Source of the DNA: Narcine bancroftii
Lineage: Eukaryota
Direction of reading: 5' to 3'
DNA length: 64,000 nucleotides
Assembly (NCBI RefSeq): GCF_036971445.1
Contig: NC_091471.1
Location: 248,558,001-248,622,000, forward strand
Positions 36,237-48,833 of the stretch are shown here, in pieces. The notes under the pieces were generated by a model that ran no database searches, was not told where the DNA came from, and worked only from the letters and a program-made list of their open reading frames with translations. Both the position numbers and the translations under genes were made by a program. Position 1 is the first letter of the stretch, and each line of letters starts with the position of its first letter.

Positions 36237-37240
36237 GTGAACTACTCTTTGCAGATGATGCCGCTTTAGTTGCCCATTCAGAGCCAGCTCTTCAGCGCTT
36301 GACGTCCGGTTTTGCGGAAACTGCCAAAATGTTTGGCCTGGAAGTCAGCCTGAAGAAAACGGAGGTCCTCCATCAGCCAGCTCCCCACCTTGACTACCAG
36401 CCCCCCCACATCTCCATCAGGCACACAAAACTCAAAACGGTCAACCAGTTTACCTATCTCAGCTGCACCTTTTCATCAGATGCAAGGATCGACAACGAGA
36501 TAGACAACAGACTCGCCAAGGCAAATAGCGCCTTTGGAAGACTACACGAAAGAGTCTGGAAAAACAACCAACTGAAAAACCTCACAAAGATAAGCGTATA
36601 CAGAGCCGTTGTCATACCCACACTCCTGTTCGGCTCCGAATCATGGGTCCTCTACCGGTATCACCTACGGCTCCTAGAACGCTTCCACCAGCGTTGTCTC
36701 CGCTCCATCCTCAACATTCATTGGAGCGCCTTCATCCCTAACATCGAAGTATTCGAGATGGCACAGGCCAACAGCATCGAGTCCACGCTGCTGAAGATCC
36801 AGCTGCGCTGGGTGGGTCACGTCTCCAGAATGGAGGACCATCGCCTTCCCAAGACCGTGTTATATGGCAAGCTCTCCACTGGCCACCGTGACAGAGGTGC
36901 ACCAAAGAAGAGGTACAAGGACTGCCTAAAGAAATCTCTTGGTGCCTGCCACATTGACCACCGCCAGTGGGCTGATATCGCCTCAAACCGTGCATCTTGG
37001 CGCCTCACAGTTCGGCGGGCAGCAACCTCCTTTGAAGAAGACCGCAGAGCCCACCTCACTGACAAAAGACAAAGGAGGAAAAACCCAACACCCAACCCCA
37101 ACCAACCAATTTTCCCCTGCAACCGCTGCAACCGTGTCTGTCTGTCCCGCATCGGACTTGTCAGCCACAAACGAGCCTGCAGCCGACGTGGACATTTACC
37201 CCCTCCATAAATCTTCGTCCTCGAAGCCAAGCCAAAGAAA
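36237..37240 (+). mobile_element. RTE-clade LINE, 5'-truncated
   Basis: Starts at ELLFADD and is open through the C-terminal zinc-finger-like CNRC..H motif (ORF 36299-37210). Confidence 0.93.
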
Positions 37241-37630
37241 AATACGACCAATCATAGTCAATGAGAGTAGAGACCATCCTGCAAGAATTGATTTGGTTTG
37301 CTTGACTAAAAGCACCACTTTCGTTAAAAAGATTTTAAAAAATTCTTAGTTATAATAATGCCTAAGTATTTAAATTGTTCATTCACGATTTTGAATAAAG
37401 TTCCGCTGCACCCTTCAGTAGTAGTAATTCGGCCTTATGAAGACATGGGCATCGATTCATCATGTACATTTCTCCAAAATCAAACTTGCTCAAATTTATT
37501 CTGATATTAGTTCACATTGTGACCAATGTAAAATATTTGATGCCTCTTTGTTTTGGACTTGCCCTAATTTGGAAAAATATTTGACTAACATTTTTAGAAC
37601 TTTTTCAACCCTATTTAGGATACTTTAAAT

Positions 37631-38004
37631 CAGTGGTTCTCAACCTATTTCTTTCCACACATATATCACTTGAAATATTCCCTATGCCATCAGTGCTCTG
37701 TGATTAGTAAGGGATTGCTTAAAGTGGTATGTGGGTGAAAGAAAAGGTATGAAAACCTCTGTTTTAATTGTACCTCATTGACTCATTATGTGCATGGTTT
37801 CAGAACTCCAAAGGAAATGGGCCAATGATAATTTTTCTCAAGCAAAATATTCCAGTAACAATTGGGTCTGCAGCAGTGATTCTCAGCCTTCTCTTTCCAC
37901 TCACGTACCACCTTAAGCAACCCCTTACCAATCACTGAGCATCGATGGCATCGGGATTACTTCAAGTGGGATGTGAGTGGAAAGAAAAAGATTGAGAACC
38001 ACTG
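37631..38004. mobile_element. hAT-type MITE, copy 2, inserted in an old L1 3' remnant
   Basis: Same TIR as 14210-14566. TSD CTTTAAAT/CTTTAGAT. Confidence 0.9.
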
Positions 38005-38684
38005 CTTTAGATCCATGTCCGGTCATTGCACTATTTGGTTTTTGTAAAGTCATAAATATTATTTTATCTTCTAATCAAGAACAGGTTCTAGCATTTTCTA
38101 ATAGCAAGAAGAGCAATTTTGTTAAAATGGAAAGATGAGCTCCCACCTACACATCATCAATGGTGAGTAGATATTATGTCCTTTTTTAAATCTGGAGAAA
38201 ATGAGGCATAATGTCACAAAAATCAAGATTTCTTTCGATAAGACTTGGGACCCATTTCTAGCTCACTTCCATCAATTGACTAATTTGGTGAAGTGATGAA
38301 TGCCACTGAGCGGGTTTGATTGGATTCCCTGAGTCCGCTTGTTCGGATTTAACGCTACATATAATATGAATTTTAACCTTGTTTGCTGTGGGTTTGAATT
38401 TTTTTCTTTTCTTTTTTTTCCTTAAGTATTTCATAATATTGTAATTATTACCATTTATTGGATTTAGAACCATGTCATATTGCTACTGAACCATAGGTTA
38501 TTAGTCATAAATCTGCAAAGGTTTCATTGCAATTGATTTACTGCTTTTTCGTTTGTTTTTCTGATAAAACTCAATAAAAATAATTTTAAAAGAGAGAGTT
38601 TTCGAAAAGTCTGGATTCTCGGGTGGCCCAGATTTCTAGACTTCTACTGTATATGATTCAGTGTATCTTGCTGAGCGAAACTTT

Positions 38685-39025
38685 GCCACTTTCAGGTGGA
38701 CACAATACCCGACTGTAAAGCTGCCTATTTTACACCAATGCGGCTGTCGGGTGGCCACTGGAAAGTGGAGATCCCGGCCAGGAGGAGCACTTACCTAACC
38801 CTCCTCCTGTAGGTATATTCTCCGGCTTGGAGAATCCCCCATTGCAGCAGTGGGACTACGGCCACAGTCCATAGGAGCCGACGTTCGCTCGGACGCGGCT
38901 CTCCTTCAGCCGGCATGTTCAGGTGACAGAAAGGCATCTTCTCTGCGGCCACCTAAACATCTCAGCCGCACTACCCCTGCCACGTCAGCCGGCGCATTAT
39001 CTGCATTCAAGCACCTGAAAGTGGC
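38685..39025 (+). mobile_element. Harbinger-like MITE, copy 2
   Basis: Perfect 14-bp TIR GCCACTTTCAGGTG / CACCTGAAAGTGGC. Confidence 0.75.
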
Positions 39026-40679
39026 TTTTGCAGCACTCAGTTATTTATAAGATCTTCGAAGTTTGGTTAATGCCAGCACAGCTGTCATTGATCGTCATTG
39101 GGTCGGCCTAGCTGGGAACAGGCCGGTGGCTCCTGGGCCACTTCAGAGGATATTTTGATTTTAAAACAATAGTAAGGGTTCATTAATTCATTCCTTGTTT
39201 GTAAAGCACAGTGTAATCTCCTGAGAGTCCTGCCTTGCTGCAAATTTTTTCCTTTATTTATATCTAATGCATGTTTGATTCTATATTTCTGATAAGTACA
39301 GCTGCTGTTTGCACAGGATTTGCAGAATTTAAAAAAAATTTCATTTAGATCCATGTTCGGTCATTGCACTATTTGGTTTTTGTAAAGTCATAAATATTAT
39401 TTTATCTTCTAATCAAGGATAGGTTCTTGCATTTTCTAATAGCAAGAAGAGCAATTCTGTTAAAATGGAAAGATGAGCTCCCACCTACACATCATCAATG
39501 GCCACGAGCCTGTGCCGCTTTTGGCCCACGAGCCTGTGCCGCTTAATTGACCTACAACTCCCGGTCCCATTTTTGAAAGGTGGAAGGAAACCCACGCAGA
39601 CACGGGGAGAACGTACAAGCTCCTTGCAGGCAGCGCCGGATTCGAACCCTGGTCGCTGGCGTGGCAACAGCGTGGAGCTGATCGTGCTGCCTAGAGCACA
39701 AGGAATAAGAGCATGCTCCATCAGTCAGAGACTGGGAGTGGGAGAGGAGCCCACACCCTTGTCCATCCCATGGCGCTAAGTGAAGATAGCTAGCTTCAAG
39801 CTCTTGGGAATAAACATATCCAATCACCTCATCTGTACCAACCAAATTGACCAGCTGGACAAGAAAACACAACAAATACCTCAAAGGCTTAGGAAGATCG
39901 CCAAGTCCCTTGACAACATCTACAGGTGTTAAAACACACAGAAATGCTGGAGGAACTCAGCCGGTCTTGCACTGTCCTACCACCCCAACAATGTATTCCA
40001 GACACTCACTACTGCTGATGCGTGCATCACACTGTGGACGGGAGTTACCTTGTCCAGAATCGGAAGGAGCAGCAGAAGATGGTGACACTGCACTAGTCTC
40101 TCTCTCCTGCCTCAACCCCATCTAGACCGCCAGTTGCTGAGGAAAGGAAGCCAACCTGCCGAAGGGCCCATCGAACCCTTCTCCCTCCCTCCCTCCCGTT
40201 GGGGAGAATGTACAAGAGTGCGAAATCACACATCGACAGGCTCAGAGCCAGTACCTTCCCCGCAGCCATCAGGCTCGTGAATGAGCCCCACAACAATGCT
40301 CTCATGCTGTCCATGCTATGTACCAACTGCAACGCCCTACTCTGTAACTATGCTCTTGCTCTTCCACTTTGCATGACTTGTACGTATCTTTGAGTTGACT
40401 TGCTAGACTGCTCGTGGAAGAACCTTTATCACAGAACCAGATTGAACTTGTCTATGGCTAAATCGCTATATCCTCTTGACCTCCCATAGCCCCCTTTCCC
40501 CATAATTCTATCAATTTCTCTTTCAAATAACTCACTGATTGGGAATCTGCTCTGTGTCACTGGATCATCAAAGTCTTGAGACTCTTGCACAAATATTTTC
40601 AGTTGTTACTTGTTGAGGGATAGTTAAGGAACTTCAACAGATTGAAGTCATAAAATACTCTGTCATCCAACATGCTTAC

Positions 40680-40970
40680 CGTACATCTCAATGTTGATGC
40701 TGTCATTTCTCATAACTGATGTGTAATTTTCAAAATCAGCCATGCAGGTGAGTTCAGTCCAACCAGGCTCTTGGGGTGTCCAAGCTATAGTTGCCCAGAC
40801 AGTGGTGGGATCTGGCCGCTTTGTAACCGAATTCCATTCTTTACCATCCAGAAACCATCGAACTCTCATCTTATCCACTGGATAGACATTTTCTACCTGG
40901 CACATCAACGTGGCCTCTTGATTCACTTCCACTGCATTTTTGTTGAGTATTGTGGGAGGCTGTGGAAAAA
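40680..40970 (-). CDS. ICAM/VCAM-like gene, Ig domain 3 exon (291 nt, phase 1-1)
   Basis: Acceptor tgccttacag, donor G|GTAAGC. Encodes FFPQPPTIL..LMCQVENVYPVDKMRVRWFLDG..LTCMADF..IEMY. Confidence 0.92.
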
Positions 40971-41664
40971 CTGTAAGGCACACAAGAAATGCACAGCACA
41001 TTGGTTTGCAGTCCAACATAACGATTTAGTTTCAATGCAATCTTTACAGGTATCTGGTTATGAGACACTGGTGGGCTCAAGGATAATGGATGTAAACCTT
41101 TCAAGTTACCTTGCTCCCCCATGAGAAAGGCTGATCCTCCCCCTGTTCCTACTTCCTATGTTCCTAACCAACAAAGGATACAAGAGCGTCAGGTGAGTTG
41201 ATGGAAGGTGTTCTTTCATTTTCTTTTGTGGAGCACCTGCCTTCTGCAGGGGGATGTTAGCAAACCAGATGCTAATGGACCTCAGCAGAATGTAGTGAAA
41301 CAAACTCTGTATCCAAGGTGTTGTTGCAGAAGTATGGCCAAGGACAGGGGAACGGGCCTGGCTCAGTGTTCATTCAACTGGTGAGTCCTCTCTCCCCATT
41401 TAGGACAGCACAGTTGGCGTAGTGTTCAGCGCAACGCCTTTACAGTGCCAACAATCGGGACCGGGGTTTGAATCCCTGTGTCTGCGTGGGTTTTCCCTGG
41501 GGGCACCGTACCAGGTCTGTAGATTAATTGGGTGTAAATTGGGCAGCATGGACTCGTTAGCTAAAATGTCCGGAAATCTGGGACACGGAGACCAAAGTGT
41601 TAATGAATGAATGACGTTTATTGTCACATACAAGAGTACAATATACAGATTCATTGAAGTCTTT

Positions 41665-42014
41665 AGTCGCTTTCTGGTGGAATAGCTGGGAGAATGTGGC
41701 TCCGGAGCCGGCTGCGGGTGTATGCGAGCCAATATTCAGGTGGCAGCGCTGAAGGCGCTGTTCTGGCACCTGAAAGGTCTGCAGTGGGGAGAGGCACCGC
41801 GGAGCAAACGCCGGCTCCTGTCGGTTTGGGCCATAGTTCCGTCCGCTTTCAGGTGCCTAGGGGGAGCGCTCGGAAGCGGAGAATATACCTACCTGAGGGT
41901 TGGGTAAGTATTCCTCGGGTCAGGGTTCTCCGTTTTCAGGTGGCCTCCCAATAGCCGCATTTGGGTATTTTAGGCGGCTTTACGTTGGGGTATTCTGGCC
42001 ACCTGAAACCGGCT
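41665..42014 (-). mobile_element. Harbinger-like MITE, copy 3
   Basis: Reverse complement of 2716-3066. Confidence 0.7.
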
Positions 42015-45000
42015 TTAGTTTCTGCAGCTTCCCAGGTACATAAAACATTAACAACAATTTAAGTATAATTAACAAATTAAAAGAAAGATAATAAAAAATA
42101 ATAAATATAGAATGAAGAGAAATAAATATATTTTCTTCTGGGTTTGATCTATCAATCTCTCCATGCTGCCTTTTCTTTGGAACATACAGCACAGTAACAG
42201 GCCCTTCCGGCCCTCAAGCCCATGCTGCCCAATCACCCCCCCCCCCCATACGTCTTGAAGGGTGGGAGAAAACCAGAGCACCTGGGGAAAACCCACGCTG
42301 AAATGGGGAGAATGTGCAAACTCCTCACTGACAGCCCCGGATTCAATTCCTGGGTTGCTGGCACAGTAATAGCATTGCGCTAACCACTGTACTAACTGTG
42401 CCTTCTCTCTACGCCATAGACTTGACTCGACAGCAGGAATTAAGCTGAGGCCCAAGTAATATTTTGGAGTTAAGCGAATAGAACCTAATTTAGTGCACAA
42501 GGAATCTCCTGTTAAACCAAATTTTTCTCCATCAGTACCTGATAATTACAGTTAAAATCTTTTAAATGATGAATTTGAGGGAAGCAAGAACAGATATAAT
42601 AGGATTAGGGAAATGTAGTGGAGTATTCATCTCGCTCAAAGAGTGGATCTCGCTGATTGTCGTAAAGTTGACGCCGAAATGCTCACAACCTCCTGAGCAC
42701 TTCATATACTGTTGCCCGCAAATTGGGAATTGTTCCAGTAAGTTTTTCAGCTCAATCGCTCTATTAGCTAAACAACCTCATCCTGTTGTGCAATATTACT
42801 AATGATTCTATGAGGTTACTCATTTCAATCATGTTCGGGATAAACTATGTTTAACAGCAGAAACAATTCCAGTTTCCTGCATTTTGTGGACAGAAGCATA
42901 TCAAGAGTTCAGGGAGTTACTGCTTAAAGCTTTACTGAGCAGTTCTGTGTCAACTTTAAGATAATCAGGAGGCAATCTTTACCACAGCATATTTTACAGA
43001 ATGGGTTATACAGGAACTAATGAGAAAGACAGACTTTGATCCTGATAGCAATTTTAAAAATCGGTAGAGCTGAGGGGTGGGTGCCAATTTTAAACTTCTG
43101 TATTTTTTACCTATTTATTTTCGGAGATTTTTTTTGCTGGTTGCTTGAGGTGGCCTGTTTCTTGAATTCCGTATAACTGGGATTTTACTGCATCTGAATA
43201 GAAGTTGTTCCACAGGCAAATGCAACACAGGTCACGTTTCACTAATTTGCTGGAGTTCGTTAGGATATCCATCCAGTAGATATGAGAGTTTAGGTAAGGT
43301 GGACAGCCTATACCTTTCTCCGGGGGTGACATAGAAAATACAAAAGGGCTCCTGTATAAGGTGAGGGGAGACGTCATGGAGACATCAGGGCGTTTTTATA
43401 CACTGCGCATGCGCAATGTGCTCATTAAGGAAAAAGAGAACACCGACGGGAGGGAGGCCCAGCTGAGGAGTGAGCAAACACAGCATGACCAGCTGAGGGA
43501 TGCCCAACACCAGGGCTCTCAGATGGAAGAAGAGGAAAGTGACAGGGAGTGATAGGAAAAAAGAACAGCAACAGGAAGCCCAACAGATGAGTAGCCCAGA
43601 AGAAGAGGACCAACAGCAAGAAGCCAAGCAAGAAGAAGCCCAGCAAAGTGAGGCAAGCACTCAACAGGAAAGTCAGAAGAGACACAGGTACAAGGAAGAG
43701 AAGTAGAAGACACAAACACAGGTGCAGACACAGAAGAGGAAGAAGAAGACCGAGATCTGTACAGAGAAATAGAAGGTAAAATAGATGGACAGAATATAGA
43801 TTTAAAAAAATTTCAAGAACAAATGAGAGCATTAAAAGAATGGTTGACATTAGAATTTAGTGAAATGAAAAAGTGAGTAGAATAGAGCGGGTCATGACAG
43901 AAATAGGGAAAAGATTAGAAAATGTGGAAGAATGAGAAATGGCTGTAGAAATTGAAGTGAATGACCTAAGAAGAAAATTGGAAGAAAGTGACAAAAAAGT
44001 TAAAGAATTACAATATTTGTTAGCTCAGAAGATGGATATAATGGAAAACTATAGTAGGCGAAACAACATAAAGATAATGGGCCTAAAGGAAGATGAAGAA
44101 GGCATAAATATGAAAAAAATTATAAAAGAATGGATTCCAAAGGTCCTGGGAATGACAGAAATACAGGAAGTAATGGAAATAGAAAGGTCACACAGAGCAC
44201 TAGCCCCTAAACCACAGTCACTACAAAAACCACGATCCGTTTCAGTAAAATGTCTGAGATCTACCACAAGAGAAAATATACTGGAGCAAGCAAGGAATAA
44301 AATTAGACAAGACAAAAAACCATTGGAATACAAGGGTCAAAAAATATTTCTTTACCAGACATAAGTTTTGAACTCTTAAAAGAAGAGGAAGAAGTTTAAT
44401 ACAGCAAAATTGATCCTATGGAAAAAAGGTTATAAATTTATGTTAAGATATACCAGCTGTGCTTAAAATATTTATCCCGAGGGAGCAAAACAGACTGTTC
44501 TCGGATCTGGAGGAAGTATGAGAATTTGCAGAACGCCTGCAGGACAGAAGGAGAGATGAAGAGATGTAACAAGAATGAAGAATGACGATAAAATACATAT
44601 AAAGATGTAAAAATAATATATGTAAGAACTAAAGAAGGGAAAGAAAATGGAAGATCGGAAGTAAGGGCGAAAAAAAAGAGGGTGAGCTTTGTTATATGTG
44701 AAAATAAAAGTCTTTTCTGGGTGGGAGAGAATAACCGTCACTGCGAAATCAGTTGACGCTTGTGAGCGGGTTTGCAATCCGAACGGAGAGGAGAGTTGTG
44801 GTTGCCTGGCAAGGGATAAGTGGGAACTCAGAGTGGGGGGGGGGGGGTGGGGGACATTTTGGGTTAAGGGAATTTTAGATGTGGGAGTTGTTGAAGTATA
44901 TTATGTTTTAAAAGTGTTGTCATACATGGAGTTTAAAAAGGGAAAACTGAGAGATAAAAATGGGGAAAAGGGGGATGCTGGTGGTGAGGAAGCGGAAGTG

Positions 45001-46637
45001 AGGTGTAAACAGGATATAAGATGGCCATCTTGAACTACATGACTATAAATATTAATGAAATACATAACCAAATTGAACAAAAAAGCTTATTAAATTTGCT
45101 GAAAAAAGAAAAAATAGACATAACATTTGTGCAGGAAACGCAACTAACTGAAGTGGAACATAATAAATTAAGGAGAGACTGGGTAGGGCACGTAGCGGCA
45201 GCATCATATAATTCAAAAGCCAGAGGTGTAGATATATTAATTAATAAAAATGTACCAATCAAAATAGAGGAGGAAATAATAGATCCAACAGGGAGGTATG
45301 TAATGATAAAGTGTCAGATATATTCAGAATTCTGGAATTTGATCAATATATATACACCTAATGAAAAGGATCAAAAGTTTATGCAAGATATTTTTTTTGA
45401 AGATTGTAGATACGCGGAGGAGTGGCCGGTTGGGGAACTCCAGCCCTCTCTGGAAAAGTTTAAAAAAAAACACAGAAAACACAAAGGCACAAACATAAAA
45501 ATTAAAATAAAGTGAAAGGTGGGAAGAAAATGGCAGCGAAGAAAGAAAAGTCGAAAGCAACGGGAAGAAGAGAAGAAGAAAGGACGTCGGAAGAAGAAGG
45601 TGAAGGCCTTACCTGTCCGAGGAGGCCCGCCGCGGAGAGAGAAGCCCGCTCCCTAAGGTCAATTGAAGTCCCGAGCTCGGGACTACAAAAATGGCTCGCG
45701 GAGCCAAGTAAAAGTGCGCAACCGCGCATGCGCGAGGAGTCGCGCATGCGCGATGCACACGACCAAAAAAACACTGTCGGGAGGGGGGACCAGCTGAGGA
45801 GTCGATCTCCACAGCTGAGGATGACAGCTACAACACAACAACAGGAAGAGAACATAGAAAACAACAAGAACAAGAAAGAAGAGAGTAAAAAGAAAACAAG
45901 GAAACAACAGATGACCAACCCAGAGGAAGAAGAAGAAGAAGAAGAACACAGAGAAATGGAAGAAGAAGGGAAAGGCAAGACAATGGATATATTTTTTTTA
46001 AAGAATATATGGAATCAGTAAAAGAATGGCAATCACAAGAATTTAGTGAAATAAAAAGAAGAATTAAAAGTACAGAAGAAAAAATGAAGATTAGAGATGG
46101 TCATGTCAGATATAGGAAAAAGAGTGGACAAGGTGGAAGAACGAGAAACAGCCGTAGAAATGGAAGTAGATGACTTAAAAAAGAAATTAGAAGAATCTAA
46201 TAAAAAAGTTAAAGAAACACAAGAGCAGTTAGCTCAGAAGATAAATATAATGGAAAACTATAATAGAAGAAATAATATAAAGATAGTGGGCCTTAAAGAA
46301 GATGAAGAAGGCAAGAATATGAGAGAATTTATAAAAGATTGGATCCCCAGGGTCCTAGGAAGACCAGAATTACAGGAAGAAATGGAAATAGAAAGGGCAC
46401 ATAGAGCATTAGCCCCGAAACCACAGCCACAACAAAAACCAAGATCCATTTTAGTAAAATTCCTAAGATATACAACAAGAGAAAATATATTGGAGAAAGC
46501 AATGAAGAAAATAAGAGAAGACAAAAAGCCATTGGAATACAAAGGTCAAAAAATTTTTTTCTATCCAGACATAAGTTTTGAAATTCTGAAGAAAGGAGTT
46601 TAATACAGCAAAAGCGATCCTATGGAAAAAAGGATAT

Positions 46638-48540
46638 CTTTTCTTTGGCTTGGCTTCGCGGACGAAGATTTATGGAGGGGGTAAAAAGTCCACGTCAGCT
46701 GCAGGCTCGTTTGTGGCTGACCAGTCCGATGCGGGACAGGCAGACACGATTGCAGCGGTTGCAAGGGAAAATTGGTTGGTTGGGGTTGGGTGTTGGGTTT
46801 TTCCTCCTTTGCCTTTTGTCAGTGAGGTGGGCTCTGCGGTCTTCTTCAAAGGAGGCTGCTGCCCGCCAAACTGTGAGGCGCCAAGATGCACGGTTTGAGG
46901 CGTTATCAGCCCACTGGCGGTGGTCAATGTGGCAGGCACCAAGAGATTTCTTTAGGCAGTCCTTGTACCTTTTCTTTGGTGCACCTCTGTCACGGTGGCC
47001 AGTGGAGAGCTCGCCATATAATACGATCTTGGGAAGGCGATGGTCCTCCATTCTGGAGACGTGACCCATCCAGCGCAGCTGGATCTTCAGCAGCGTGGAC
47101 TCGATGCTGTCGACCTCTGCCATCTCGAGTACCTCGACGTTAGGGGTGTGAGCGCTCCAATGGATGTTGAGGATGGAGCGGAGACAACGCTGGTGGAAGC
47201 GTTCTAGGAGCCGTAGGTGGTGCCGGTAGAGGACCCATGATTCGGAGCCGAACAGGAGTGTGGGTATGACAACGGCTCTGTATACGCTTATCTTTGTGAG
47301 GTTTTTCAGTTGGTTGTTTTTCCAGACTCTTTTGTGTAGTCTTCCAAAGGCGCTATTTGCCTTGGCGAGTCTGTTGTCTATCTCATTGTCGATCCTTGCA
47401 TCTGATGAAATGGTGCAGCCGAGATAGGTAAACTGGTTGACCGTTTTGAGTTTTGTGTGCCCGATGGAGATGTGGGGGTGCTGGTAGTCATGGTGGGGAG
47501 CTGGCTGATGGAGGACCTCAGTTTTCTTCAGGCTGACTTCCAGGCCAAACATTTTGGCAGTTTCCGCAAAGCAGGACGTCAAGCGCTGAAGAGCTGGCTC
47601 TGAATGGGCAACTAAAGCGGCATCATCTGCAAAGAGTAGTTCACGGACAAGTTTCTCTTGTGTCTTGGTGTGAGCTTGCAGGCGCCTCAGATCCGTGCGG
47701 TACCGGATGTAAACAGCGTCTTCATTGTTGGGGTCTTTCATGGCTTGGTTCAGCATCATGCTGAAGAAGATTGAAAAGAGGGTTGGTGCGAGAACACAGC
47801 CTTGCTTCACGCCATTGTTAATGGAGAAGGGTTCAGAGAGCTCATTGCTGTATCTGACCCGACCTTGTTGGTTTTCGTGCAGTTGGATAATCATGTTGAG
47901 GAACTTTGGGGGACATCCGATGCGCTCTAGTATTTGCCAAAGCCCTTTCCTGCTCACGGTGTCGAAGGCTTTGGTGAGGTCAACAAAGGTGATGTAGAGT
48001 CCTTTGTTTTGTTCTCTACACTTTTCTTGGAGCTGTCTGAGGGCAAAGACCATGTCAGTGGTTCCTCTGTTAGCGCGAAAGCCGCACTGTGATTCTGGGA
48101 GAATATTCTCAGCGACACTAGGTATTATTCTATTTAGTAGAATCCTAGCGAAGATTTTGCCTGCAATGGAGAGCAACGTGATTCCCCTGTAGTTTGAGCA
48201 GTCTGATTTCTCGCCTTTGTTTTTGTACAGGGTGATGATGGTGGCATCACGAAGATCCTGAGGCAGTTTACCTTGGTCCCAACAAAGCTTGAAAAACTCA
48301 TGCAGTTTGGCATGCAGAGTTTTGCCGCCAGCCTTCCAGACTTCTGGGGGGATTCCATCCATACCTGCTGCTTTGCCACTTTTCAGTTGTTCGATTGCCT
48401 TATATGTCTCATCCAGGGTGGGAACCTCATCCAGCTCTAGCCTTAGGGGCTGTTGAGGGAGCTGGAGCAGGGCGGAATCTTGGACTGAGCGGTTGGTACT
48501 GAAAAGAGATTGGAAGTGTTCTGACCATCGGTTGAGGATG
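46638..48540 (-). mobile_element. RTE-clade LINE, 5'-truncated, with an open RT frame, inserted in ORF1 of the inner L1
   Basis: About 615 uninterrupted codons: NYRGITLL, FVDLTKAFD, GVKQGCVLAP, LLFADD. No TSD; about 18 bp of the L1 target is missing. Confidence 0.95.
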
Positions 48541-48663
48541 CCAGTGGTACTTAAAATAGTTATTCCAGGGCAGTAAAACAGACTATTCTCGGATCCGGAG
48601 GAATCACGAAAATTTGCATAACTACAAAACAGACAGAGAGATGAAGGCATGTAACGAGAGTAA

Positions 48664-48833
48664 NNNNNNNNNNNNNNNNNNNNNNNNNNNNNNNNNNNNN
48701 NNNNNNNNNNNNNNNNNNNNNNNNNNNNNNNNNNNNNNNNNNNNNNNNNNNNNNNNNNNNNNNNNNNNNNNNNNNNNNNNNNNNNNNNNNNNNNNNNNNN
48801 NNNNNNNNNNNNNNNNNNNNNNNNNNNNNNNNN
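48664..48833. other. N gap (170 nt)
   Basis: Run of N. Confidence 1.

Noticed and set aside
40955-40965. Alternative acceptor ccacag inside the Ig3 exon
   Set aside because: It is phase 0, incompatible with the phase-1 upstream donor.
46695-48650. 651-aa ORF as a complete or fusion protein
   Set aside because: The first ~36 residues are antisense L1 sequence that happens to be in frame; the RTE is 5'-truncated and lacks its endonuclease.
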